Source of the DNA: Spirochaetota bacterium
GTDB lineage: Bacteria > Spirochaetota > UBA12135 > COTS27 > CBDBHE01
Length of the DNA: 64,000 bases
Direction: 5' to 3'
NCBI GenBank assembly: GCA_965205605.1
Contig: CBDBHE010000007.1
Span: forward strand, 416,001 to 480,000
Every line of letters starts with the position of its first letter. The stretch's first letter is position 1. A program made the position numbers and the translations under genes. The notes under the pieces were generated by a model that saw only the letters and a list, made by a program, of their open reading frames with translations, was not told where the DNA came from and did no database searches. Positions 20,970 to 29,932 of the stretch are shown one piece after another.

Positions 20970-21716
20970 TTAAATATTTAAAATACTCCTTGCCACAATT
21001 CCTGCTCCATACCCATTATCAATATTAACCACACAAACCCCATCCGCACAACTATTTAACATCGAAAGTAAAGAAGCTAGCCCCTGAAAATGAGCTCCAT
21101 ATCCCACACTCGTCGGCACCCCTATAACCGGACACCCCACTAATCCTCCCACCACACTTCCAAGTGATGCTTCCATTCCCGCTACGACAATGATCACCTT
21201 AGCTTCTTGTAAAACAGAGATGTTTTTTATCAGTCTCTGCAGTCCCCCAACCCCTACATCAAACAATCTCTTCACACCACACCCTAAAATCTCAGCTGTT
21301 AAAGCCGCCTCTTCAGCTACCTTCATATCACTTGCCCCCGCACTCATCACTAAAATCTCAAAATTTTCCTCTCCGATTCGTTTAAAAGGGGTGTAAATCA
21401 TTTTAGCTATTTTATGATATTCTAAAACAAAATTTTTTTTTATAAGTTTTTTATACACGTCCTCACTAGCACGTGTCACTAAAAGTGGCTGATTTAAGTC
21501 TAAAAAGCTTTTCACGATTTTTTTGATTTGCTCAAAACTCTTCCCTTCACCATAAACTGCTTCTGGATATCCCTTCCTAAAAATTCGATGCGAATCTAGC
21601 TTTACATCTCCCAAATCTTCATAAGGTAAGCCTTGAAAAAATTTGAAAGCTTTTGAAACAGAAAGCTTTTTTTCTCTAACTGCCCCCAAAAGATCCATGA
21701 GTTTTTTTCTATTCAT
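20970..21716 (-). CDS. larB: Nickel-pincer cofactor biosynthesis protein LarB
   Basis: DSHRIFRKGYPEAVYGEGK, DVGVGGL, VAGMEASL, PTSVGYG, LNSCA..VVNIDNGYGA. Confidence 0.92.
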   Translation of the reverse strand: MNRKKLMDLLGAVREKKLSVSKAFKFFQGLPYEDLGDVKLDSHRIFRKGYPEAVYGEGKSFEQIKKIVKSFLDLNQPLLVTRASEDVYKKLIKKNFVLEYHKIAKMIYTPFKRIGEENFEILVMSAGASDMKVAEEAALTAEILGCGVKRLFDVGVGGLQRLIKNISVLQEAKVIIVVAGMEASLGSVVGGLVGCPVIGVPTSVGYGAHFQGLASLLSMLNSCADGVCVVNIDNGYGAGIVARSILNI

Positions 21717-21731
21717 ATAAAAAAAAAGCCA

Positions 21732-23123
21732 TTATTTAGCAAAAACAATCGCAAAAACCACTTCTTTCTCATGACTACTAAAAATAGACCCCACTAATGG
21801 TTTAGAGAGTAAGACGGATTCGAGCGATTTGAAAACTTGGTCTTTAAAGTAAAGCTCTCCTATGACAACGATTAAAAGACCATAAAACAAAAAATCTTGT
21901 AACAAATATTCACTCTCTTTTTTAAGAGTTACTCGAAGCGCTGTAAAATCATCAAAATCAGCAATCTGTTCTTCTAAAAAAGCTTCTTCTTTTCTCTTAA
22001 TTTTTAAAACAGATTGTTTAGGAAAAATCAATTTAACTTGCTTCATAGCTTTTTTAGTATCCCAATGATCTTGAGTCAGGACTTTTTGCCCAAAAGAAAG
22101 GATCGCTCTTTCATAAAAAGGAGTTTGAAACTCGATTGTTTGCACTCCGTGTTGAAGGGAGTGAGAAGTAAAAGGATCAATAGCCACAACATCTCCTACT
22201 TTAAGAGGTAGTTTGCCTGTAAAAGCATTCATCGCTTCTCGAAGAACTTCTTCTTTTTTCACAAGATCTTTAGGAAGCTGTTTTTGCCAGTTCAAAAGCT
22301 TTTGGGGAGCAACCGCTTCTTTTAAACCTATCTTTTCTTTTTGACGATATTCATCTAAAAGCTGATCAATTTCTCTCCTTACGCTCTCATACGCTTCAAC
22401 ACGATCTAAATAAGCTTTTTTAAAAGCATCCTCATTTTCTTGATACTGATTTAAAACAACCTTATCAAAACCATAGCGTAAAAATCCCACCCCACTTGGC
22501 CACGCTTCTTTAGAAAGATGAGTGACTAGATACACTTCTTTTTTTTTCTCATGCATTTCGTAATACAAGTCTCCATAACCTTCATGAGGGAATGGATCTA
22601 AAATTTTAAGTAAATTAATTTCCTTTTCTTTTCCTCCCACAAGTGTATGTGGGGCTATTGAAAGGACCCAAGGCAAAACTTGCTTTTCTTCTCTTTTGTC
22701 TATCACTAAAGAAAGTCCTCTTTTCTCCATCCCTGTGTACCAAACTTCTTTTCCCCAAGGTTTTGGGATGTCAATAGGAAAGAGTTTAATCGGTTCCGCA
22801 AAATCAATCAAAGGAGTTTTAAAAGTATCTGCTAAAGAAATAAAATAAAGAATGGCTTCTTCTTTAGAAAAAAAAGTTTTTACAAAACATTTTTCTTGAC
22901 GAGTCGTGACCATCGCCAAAATAGAAACAAAATTTTTTTTCTTAGTTAAAAGGTAATAAGCACTCAAAGCAACCATCCTTTGATTGTTTTCTGCAAGCCA
23001 CGTTTCTTTTAAATCATAATGACAAGCTAAAAATCCTAAAGAAGTGTCACTTTGTTTAAAATCTTTAGTAAACTCAAAAAGAGTTTCTTCAGGTACGTCA
23101 GTGGTTGTTTCTAAAACAAGCAT
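21732..23123 (-). CDS. Hypothetical cupin-fold protein resembling type I phosphomannose isomerase
   Basis: PKPWGKE, LLKILDP, YEMHEKKKEVY, GDVV...HSL, EFQTP pattern parallels PMI-I metal ligands. Confidence 0.55.
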   Translation of the reverse strand: MLVLETTTDVPEETLFEFTKDFKQSDTSLGFLACHYDLKETWLAENNQRMVALSAYYLLTKKKNFVSILAMVTTRQEKCFVKTFFSKEEAILYFISLADTFKTPLIDFAEPIKLFPIDIPKPWGKEVWYTGMEKRGLSLVIDKREEKQVLPWVLSIAPHTLVGGKEKEINLLKILDPFPHEGYGDLYYEMHEKKKEVYLVTHLSKEAWPSGVGFLRYGFDKVVLNQYQENEDAFKKAYLDRVEAYESVRREIDQLLDEYRQKEKIGLKEAVAPQKLLNWQKQLPKDLVKKEEVLREAMNAFTGKLPLKVGDVVAIDPFTSHSLQHGVQTIEFQTPFYERAILSFGQKVLTQDHWDTKKAMKQVKLIFPKQSVLKIKRKEEAFLEEQIADFDDFTALRVTLKKESEYLLQDFLFYGLLIVVIGELYFKDQVFKSLESVLLSKPLVGSIFSSHEKEVVFAIVFAK

Positions 23124-23210
23124 GTTATTTCCTTACTTAAAAACGATAGAATAAATCAAAATTTCACTCATTTAAGAGTTAAAAAAAATGGATTTATTAA
23201 ATTAAAATAT

Positions 23211-23284
23211 TCGGGCATGGCGGACTTGAACCGCCGACCTTCAGACCCCCAGCCTGACGCGCTAGCCAACTGCGCTAATGCCCG
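23211..23284 (-). tRNA. tRNA-Pro(GGG), CCA not encoded
   Basis: CGGGCATTAGCGCAGTTGGCTAGCGCGTCAGGCTGGGGGTCTGAAGGTCGGCGGTTCAAGTCCGCCATGCCCGA folds as a cloverleaf. Confidence 0.96.
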
Positions 23285-23451
23285 ATTTGAAAACAAAGCT
23301 TATTATAAAATAAGACTTTAAAATTTCGTAGTTTTTAAAAAAAAAGAAAACCACCCAATCAATAAAAAAAAAGCATCTCTCCTAAAATATTTTAATTCTT
23401 TTTAAGAGTATAATTTATAATAAACTTTCCTTATCGTTAAAAAATTAACCA

Positions 23452-24966
23452 ATGCAAGAAAAAATATTAATTTTTGATACCACCTTAAGAGATGGCGAAC
23501 AGTCTCCTGGAGGAAGTATGTCGATTGAACAAAAAGTAGATTTCGCCAAACAACTACAAACATTAAACGTCGACATTATCGAAGCTGGATTTCCTATTTC
23601 TTCTAAAGCTCAATTTGAAGCTTGTCAACTCATCACAAAAGAAGTCAAAAAACCCATCATCGCAGGTCTTGCCAGAGCCACTAAAGGTGATATTGATGCC
23701 GTTTACAAATCTTTAAAAAAAGCAAAAAAACCTCGTATTCATACGTTTATTGCCACTTCTCAAATCCATATGCAAAATAAGCTTAATAAAAAACCCAATG
23801 AAATTTTAAAGCTAGCCGTTGAGTCAGTAAAATATGCTAAAGAATTAATCAACGATGTTGAGTTTTCTGCTGAAGATGCCACTCGCTCTGATCTTTCTTT
23901 TTTAGTAGACATCGTAAGCGCCGTCATCCAAGCCGGTGCCACTACCATTAATCTTCCCGACACCGTCGGTTACACCACTCCAAAAGAGTACTACAATATG
24001 ATCAAACATCTTAAAGAACATTGCCAATTAAAAAATAATACCATTTTCTCTGTTCACTGTCACAATGATTTAGGACTCGCCGTCAGTAACACCATCGCCG
24101 CTATCCAAGCCGGTGCCAAACAAGCAGAGTTAGCCATTAACGGCATTGGAGAAAGAGCTGGTAATGCTAGTTTAGAAGAACTGGTTATGATTTTAAAAAC
24201 AAGAAATGATTTTTATCCTTTTAAAACCAATATTAAAATAAAAGAAATTTACAAAACAAGTAAACTCCTTTCTCAAATAACAGGGATCCCCGTCCAACCC
24301 AATAAAGCCATTGTCGGTTATAATGCTTTTTTACACGAAGCAGGGATTCACCAACATGGCATGATTAAAAATAAAAAAACTTATGAAATCATAAACCCAA
24401 ATTCCATTGGAAGAACCGACGATTATATCGTCCTTGGAAGACACTCTGGAAAACACGGCGTCAAAAAAGCCCTTAGTAAACTTAATCTTAAAATAAAGAA
24501 AACAGATTTTCAAAAGTTTTATCAACTCTTCTCAGAAATATCCGATAAAAAAAAACAACTCGATGAGGAAGATATCACCACGATTTATGAAGAAGCCACC
24601 AAATCAATTAGAGAGGGCTATAAACTCGATTATGTCAGTGCCACCTCTGGGATAGCACCTACTGCTAATGTTAAAATCACTTTTAAAAATAAAATCTATC
24701 AAGAAACTTCTTCTGGAAAAGGCCCTATTGATGCCGTTTACAATGCTATCGATAAAATGACTCAAACCAAAATGATTTTAAAAGAATATCAATTATCTGC
24801 TATTGGCTCTGGACACGATGCCATCGGAAATGTCAAAGTAATTTTGGCTAATCATAAAAAAGAAAATTTTAATGGAAATGGGTATTCAGTTGATATTATT
24901 GAAGCCTCTGCAAAAGCGTATTTAAATGCCATTAATCTGTATAAACGAGCAAAAGGAAAAAAATGA
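23452..24966 (+). CDS. leuA: 2-isopropylmalate synthase
   Basis: FDTTLRDGEQ, HCHNDLG, GIGERAGN, HEAGIHQHG, C-terminal regulatory domain GPIDA. Confidence 0.95.
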   Translation: MQEKILIFDTTLRDGEQSPGGSMSIEQKVDFAKQLQTLNVDIIEAGFPISSKAQFEACQLITKEVKKPIIAGLARATKGDIDAVYKSLKKAKKPRIHTFIATSQIHMQNKLNKKPNEILKLAVESVKYAKELINDVEFSAEDATRSDLSFLVDIVSAVIQAGATTINLPDTVGYTTPKEYYNMIKHLKEHCQLKNNTIFSVHCHNDLGLAVSNTIAAIQAGAKQAELAINGIGERAGNASLEELVMILKTRNDFYPFKTNIKIKEIYKTSKLLSQITGIPVQPNKAIVGYNAFLHEAGIHQHGMIKNKKTYEIINPNSIGRTDDYIVLGRHSGKHGVKKALSKLNLKIKKTDFQKFYQLFSEISDKKKQLDEEDITTIYEEATKSIREGYKLDYVSATSGIAPTANVKITFKNKIYQETSSGKGPIDAVYNAIDKMTQTKMILKEYQLSAIGSGHDAIGNVKVILANHKKENFNGNGYSVDIIEASAKAYLNAINLYKRAKGKK

Positions 24967-24967
24967 A

Positions 24968-25435
24968 ATGAAAAAAAAAGAAAAAAAAAACTTAGAAATG
25001 ATTCAAAAAAATTTAAAAAATTATACTAATTTTTTTGAAAAAAAAAACTTAGCAGAACTGACTATCGAAGAAAAAGGAATTAAAACCACTTTAAAAATAA
25101 AAGGGTTTTTATCAAACAAAGCCTCTCCCTCTCCTATTCCCCCCCCTTCCTCCTCATTACCTCTTTCAAAGACCAGAGAAAAAAAAACCAATACTTCGAA
25201 TTACAAAAAAATTACAAGCCCTATTATAGGGACTTTTTACTCTTCCCCAACTCCTGAGAAGCCTCCTTTTGTTAAAGTGGGAGACAAGGTAACCCCTCAA
25301 ACAAAAATAGGAATTATTGAAGCCATGAAAAACATGAATGAAATTAAAGCCATGATGAGTGGGAAAATTGTTGAAATTTTAGTTGAAAATCAAACGCCTG
25401 TTCAAGCAGGAAGCGTTTTAATGCACCTTGAATAA
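24968..25435 (+). CDS. accB: Biotin carboxyl carrier protein
   Basis: SPIIGTFYSSP..PFVKVGD, EAMK biotinylation site, Pro/Ser-rich linker. Confidence 0.9.
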   Translation: MKKKEKKNLEMIQKNLKNYTNFFEKKNLAELTIEEKGIKTTLKIKGFLSNKASPSPIPPPSSSLPLSKTREKKTNTSNYKKITSPIIGTFYSSPTPEKPPFVKVGDKVTPQTKIGIIEAMKNMNEIKAMMSGKIVEILVENQTPVQAGSVLMHLE

Positions 25436-26558
25436 ACTTGTTTTTCTTTTTTTCTTTTTTTCTTTCCTCGTTGTAAAAGCAAATTTTACCGGCTACCCTC
25501 TTTGGGTATCAGCAAGCCCAGAAATTAAAATAGAATTAAAAGAAAAACAAAGTTATGGACTTTTTTCTGAAGTCTCCATTTTGCTCCATTGCCCTTATGC
25601 CAATGATTATAAAATCTCAAATGATCCTACTTTTAAAAATGCTCTCTGGCGAAAAGTAAAACCCAAAATTACTTGGAAACTTAAAAAAGAATACATTACA
25701 ACTGTTTACGTTATTTTTAGAAGGCATAACAAAGAAAAAAATATTAAAGAAATCTCTCCTATTGTTCATTACACGCTGGACAGAAAAAATCTTGAAAAAA
25801 AAATTGATAAAAAGCCCAACGGATATATTAATTGGACTGATCTTTATATTTCCGTTAATGTAACCAATGTCCAAAAACAACAAGCAGGAGAAAGATACCT
25901 TTTTGCTTCTGCTCAAAAAAGAGCCGAAGAAACAATTAATAGTTATCTTTATGATATTTTAAAAGATATTGACACAAACTCTTTTTATACGATTAAAGAC
26001 TTCACATCTATTTACGAAAACATTCAAGAAAAAATTTTAAATTACTTAAACCAAGAAGTTAAAATTAATGAAATTTTCTATCCATCTAAAAATACGGTCG
26101 TTGTTTCGGGAAGTCTAAATCTTTACTCTTCTTTCTTTAAAAAAAATCATTTTATTTCTCTTTTAAAACCAAGATTAAATCAACAAAGCCTGATTAAAAA
26201 AAATTATTACGAAACCATTATTAATACCCTTGTTATTGATGTTAAAAAGATGAATTTTAAACCTTGTCTTTTTCCCGAAGTCATTTTAGAAAACGATCAA
26301 ATCATCATTCACCCAAGTTTTAACACAAACTCTAGCATTCCTTACGTGCGCTATATCAGAAGTTTAGAAAAACTCAATGAAAAATTAAAGTTTCAAAAAA
26401 AACAAAAAAATTCGTTTCTTATTATTAAGCCTCTTGCCCTAAAAATAAAAGAAAAAAGTAAAATTATTATCACTCAAAGACATAAAGAAATTCTTCTTGG
26501 AAACCAACAAACCATCGATCAAATCGCCAACGGAGGGTTTTTTATTTTAACTGATTAA
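25428..26558 (+). CDS. Exported hypothetical protein, LPP20-like domain suspected
   Basis: N-terminal signal peptide; GYINWT and TLVIDV....KP..FP patterns. Confidence 0.45.
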   Translation: MNKLVFLFFFFSFLVVKANFTGYPLWVSASPEIKIELKEKQSYGLFSEVSILLHCPYANDYKISNDPTFKNALWRKVKPKITWKLKKEYITTVYVIFRRHNKEKNIKEISPIVHYTLDRKNLEKKIDKKPNGYINWTDLYISVNVTNVQKQQAGERYLFASAQKRAEETINSYLYDILKDIDTNSFYTIKDFTSIYENIQEKILNYLNQEVKINEIFYPSKNTVVVSGSLNLYSSFFKKNHFISLLKPRLNQQSLIKKNYYETIINTLVIDVKKMNFKPCLFPEVILENDQIIIHPSFNTNSSIPYVRYIRSLEKLNEKLKFQKKQKNSFLIIKPLALKIKEKSKIIITQRHKEILLGNQQTIDQIANGGFFILTD

Positions 26559-26585
26559 AAAAAAATGATGAACTAACAATGAATC

Positions 26586-26629
26586 TAAAAAAGAAGGCTC
26601 TAAAAGTCATCCTAGAACCTTCTTTTTTA
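26586..26629 (-). terminator. Intrinsic terminator, probably bidirectional, between convergent genes
   Basis: TAAAAAAGAAGGCTCTA-N10-TAGAACCTTCTTTTTTA: 17 bp stem with one G-U pair, T tracts on both strands. Confidence 0.75.
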
Positions 26630-26685
26630 AACTGTTCTATTTTTTTAAGTGATATATATGCTTCTTTTTTTTAGCAAGAAACCTT

Positions 26686-27027
26686 TTAGCCAATGGCTTT
26701 TTGTCCTTTTTCTCCCGTTCGTATGCGAATACATTCCTCAATAGAAGAAACAAAAATCTTCCCATCTCCTATCTTTCCTTTTTTAGCTCCTTTGACAATG
26801 GCTTTAATTGTTTTATCAGCAAAATTATCATTCACAACAACTTCTAAACGTACCTTTTCTAAAAGCATCATTTCTTCTTGAGCACCTCGATAACTTTCAA
26901 CAAACCCACCTTGTTGTCCGCAACCTAAAGCATTGGTAACAGACAAGTTTTTGATGTTGTTTTCAAATAAAGAAGCTTTAACAGCACCTAAATTTCCAGG
27001 TCTAATGTAAGCAACAATTAATTTCAT
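26686..27027 (-). CDS. glnK: P-II family nitrogen regulator
   Basis: G.GQQ.G...YRG, K58, GKIGDGKIFV, RIRTGE; next to amtB. Confidence 0.93.
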   Translation of the reverse strand: MKLIVAYIRPGNLGAVKASLFENNIKNLSVTNALGCGQQGGFVESYRGAQEEMMLLEKVRLEVVVNDNFADKTIKAIVKGAKKGKIGDGKIFVSSIEECIRIRTGEKGQKAIG

Positions 27028-27061
27028 TTTTTCCTCCTAACCCTTCTTAAAGGTTTTTTTT

Positions 27062-28366
27062 TTAAAATCTTCCTGAATAAGCTTCCATTGCATGCTCTGA
27101 AGCATCTAATCCCATCAATTCTTCTTGTTCAGAAACACGAACGCCTAAAATGATTTTTAAAATCATAAAAAGCACAAAAGCTGCAACAACCGTAAAAAGC
27201 CCATAAGCACCAACCCCTAAAAGTTGGATGATAAAACTATGGTTTTTACTAAAAAGACCGACTGCCAAAGTACCCCAAATACCACAAACTAAATGAACAG
27301 AAATCGCTCCTACTGGATCATCTATTTTTAAAACTGATTCAATAAAAATCACTGAAAACACAACCAAGACTCCAGAAACCAAACCAACCACACAGGCAGC
27401 AAAAATACTTAACACATCTGCTCCTGCTGTAATCCCCACTAAACCAGCCAAAGCACCATTAAGCACCATCGACAAATCAGGTTTTTTTTGTAATAATTTT
27501 GAAGTCATCGCCGCACCAACAATCCCACTAGACGCCGCTAAAGAAGTTGTCACACACACAAAAGCAATCACTCCCGCATCAGCTGATAAAACAGATCCAC
27601 CATTAAATCCAAACCATCCAAACCAAAGTAAAAAAGTCCCAATCGTAGCAAGAGGCAAACTATGACCTCGTATCGCCATCACAGACTCCCCATCATATTT
27701 GCCCATCCTCGATCCTAAAATAGAAGCACACACTAAAGCACCCCAACCCCCTACGGAATGCACCAACGTAGAACCAGCAAAATCATAAAATCCTCTCTGA
27801 TCCAACCAGCCTCCTCCCCATTTCCAACTTCCTAAAATAGGATAAATCAATCCAACAAAGAAAATAGAAAATATAAGGAAACTAGATAATTTAATTCTTT
27901 CTGCAACCGCTCCTGAAATAATCGTCGCCGCTGTTGCTGCAAACATCGCTTGAAAAAGAAAATCAGTATAATAACTATAACTTCCATCAGCGTAATCAAT
28001 CAAGCCTAAACTCCCTTTCGGACTCTCTATACCAAAGCCTCCAAAGCCAAACCAATTGGAAAAAATCCAGCTCTCTCCAGGATACATTAAGTTAAAACCA
28101 AGCAACGCATACGTTAAAATCCCTATCGAAAGAATTAAAACATTCTTAAACAAAATATTAACCGTATTCTTTGCTCTCGTTAACCCACTCTCTAAAGTAG
28201 AAAACCCTAAATGCATGATAAAAACTAAAAAAGCAGCTAAAAGAATCCAAAGATTATTCACTGTAAACATCGCCTCTTTAGCTAAATCTAACTCTTCCCC
28301 TGTTTCTGAAAAAAGAAAAGTAGATAAGATCAACCCCATTAAAAAAAGTTTTTTAATCATTCTCAT
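27062..28366 (-). CDS. amtB: Ammonium transporter
   Basis: FQAMFAATAATIISGAVAER, DFAGSTLVH, WFGWFGFNGGS, DDPVGAISVH; GGAGG RBS at 28377-28381. Confidence 0.97.
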   Translation of the reverse strand: MRMIKKLFLMGLILSTFLFSETGEELDLAKEAMFTVNNLWILLAAFLVFIMHLGFSTLESGLTRAKNTVNILFKNVLILSIGILTYALLGFNLMYPGESWIFSNWFGFGGFGIESPKGSLGLIDYADGSYSYYTDFLFQAMFAATAATIISGAVAERIKLSSFLIFSIFFVGLIYPILGSWKWGGGWLDQRGFYDFAGSTLVHSVGGWGALVCASILGSRMGKYDGESVMAIRGHSLPLATIGTFLLWFGWFGFNGGSVLSADAGVIAFVCVTTSLAASSGIVGAAMTSKLLQKKPDLSMVLNGALAGLVGITAGADVLSIFAACVVGLVSGVLVVFSVIFIESVLKIDDPVGAISVHLVCGIWGTLAVGLFSKNHSFIIQLLGVGAYGLFTVVAAFVLFMILKIILGVRVSEQEELMGLDASEHAMEAYSGRF

Positions 28367-28424
28367 AAAACACAAACCTCCATTATAAAAAATTTCTTTT
28401 TAAAAAACTACTTGAAATACTATT

Positions 28425-28441
28425 ATCAAAATTAATGCCAA
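28425..28441 (-). promoter_or_regulatory. Putative sigma54 -24/-12 promoter of amtB-glnK
   Basis: TTGGCATTAATTTTGAT vs consensus YTGGCACGrNNNTTGCW (C at -12 replaced by A). Confidence 0.5.
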
Positions 28442-28558
28442 TATTATTAAAAAATAATTTAATAAAGCTTTATCCTCTCATATTCTTTTTTTAAATCAAA
28501 AAAATAATCCCTTTTTTAAAAATCCTTGTTTGATTTTATCTTTTTAGTTTAAAAAAAA

Positions 28559-28614
28559 AGACCAATAAATAATCTTTATGACTATTTTATAGTCACATGC
28601 CAATTAGTTGGTCA
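28559..28614. promoter_or_regulatory. Tandem 17-bp palindromic activator-like sites
   Basis: TGACTA-N5-TAGTCA (28579-28595, perfect), TGCCAA-N5-TGGTCA (28598-28614), weaker AGACCA-N5-TAATCT (28559-28575). Confidence 0.5.
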
Positions 28615-28647
28615 TTTTTATAAGTAAAGAAAATTAAAATAAATAAT

Positions 28648-29925
28648 TCATTGATTTCTAGTGTCGATAACGCGTTTAGCCTTACCTTCTGTGCGTTTGA
28701 GTGAGAATGGTTTGAAAAGGGTAAGTTTTGGAGAAATGTTTAAGGTGTTTTTTAAAGCAGATGAAATTTCTTTTTGAATGGTTTTATAATTGGTTTTATT
28801 GTGATGAGCGACTTCGGCTTTAATTTCCATTTCATCGAGAAAGTTAGATTGCTTTAAGTGAATTTCGTAATGGGGCATAAGACGCTGATCTTTTAATAAA
28901 ACACTTTCTATTTGAGAAGGGTAAATATTAATCCCTTTGACAATGAGCATGTCATCACTTCTACCCCTAATACGATCAATGCGTGTGTACAAAGACCCAC
29001 ACGAACACCTTTGAGGTAAAAGACGAGAAATGTCTCTTGTTCGATAGCGCAAGAGTGGAAACGCTTCTTTATGGAGAGAAGTAAAGACAAGCTCTCCCCA
29101 CTCTCCTTGAGGGAGAATTTTTAAAGTTTTGGGGTCAATAACTTCAACTAAAAAAGCATCTTCGCTGACATGGAGGCCTTTTTGAGCTTGGCACTCATAC
29201 GCAACTCCCGGACCTATCAGTTCGCTTAAACCATAATTATCATAAGCGGGGGCTTTAAAAAAATCTTGAATTTTTTCTCTCATTGCTTCACTCCAAGTCT
29301 CTGCCCCACACAAAACTCGTTTAACTGAAAAATTTTTTGCTGTTAATCCCAATTCTTTCGCTTTGTCACAAAGGTAAATCAAATAAGAAGGCGTCCCAAG
29401 TAATGTCGTTGCTTTAAAATCTTTCATTAACTTTAGCTGCCTTTCGCTTTGACCACTTGAAACCGGTACCACACAAGCTCCCAAATCTGTGGCTCCTTGA
29501 TGAAATCCAAGCCCCCCTGTAAAAAGACCATACTGAAAAAGAATATGCACCACGTCATTTTTCCCAACACCCACTTCTTTCATAAGACGTGCTGTTAGTT
29601 CTTGCCAAAGCATTAAATCTCTTTTAGTGTAACCGACAACCAAAGGATCCGCTGTACTACCGCTAGTGGCATGAAGGCGAATAATTTTCTCTAAAGAAAC
29701 ATTAAAAAAACTAAAAGGATAACTTTTTACAAGATCTGCTTTAGTTGTAAAGGGAAGCTCTCTTAGATCAACTAAAGATTTAATGGTTTTCAGATTAACG
29801 TCTTTAAGATGTTTGAAATAAAAAGACTTACTTTTTTTTAATGCTAAAAGAAGGTTAAAAAAAATTTGTTTTTGATAGGTTTGTAAATCTTCTTTTTCTG
29901 TAAATGGGATCTGATTTAAAATCAT
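28648..29925 (-). CDS. paaK: Phenylacetate-CoA ligase family protein
   Basis: LPFTTKADL..YPF, HATSGST, YGLFTGGLG, YGLSELIGPGV, RYRTRD, GRSDDMLIVKGINIYPSQIE. Confidence 0.88.
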   Translation of the reverse strand: MILNQIPFTEKEDLQTYQKQIFFNLLLALKKSKSFYFKHLKDVNLKTIKSLVDLRELPFTTKADLVKSYPFSFFNVSLEKIIRLHATSGSTADPLVVGYTKRDLMLWQELTARLMKEVGVGKNDVVHILFQYGLFTGGLGFHQGATDLGACVVPVSSGQSERQLKLMKDFKATTLLGTPSYLIYLCDKAKELGLTAKNFSVKRVLCGAETWSEAMREKIQDFFKAPAYDNYGLSELIGPGVAYECQAQKGLHVSEDAFLVEVIDPKTLKILPQGEWGELVFTSLHKEAFPLLRYRTRDISRLLPQRCSCGSLYTRIDRIRGRSDDMLIVKGINIYPSQIESVLLKDQRLMPHYEIHLKQSNFLDEMEIKAEVAHHNKTNYKTIQKEISSALKNTLNISPKLTLFKPFSLKRTEGKAKRVIDTRNQ

Positions 29926-29932
29926 AAATAGC

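Noticed and set aside
21732-23211. Genomic island at the tRNA-Pro 3' end
   Set aside because: No integrase, no duplicated tRNA end, and no clear compositional break
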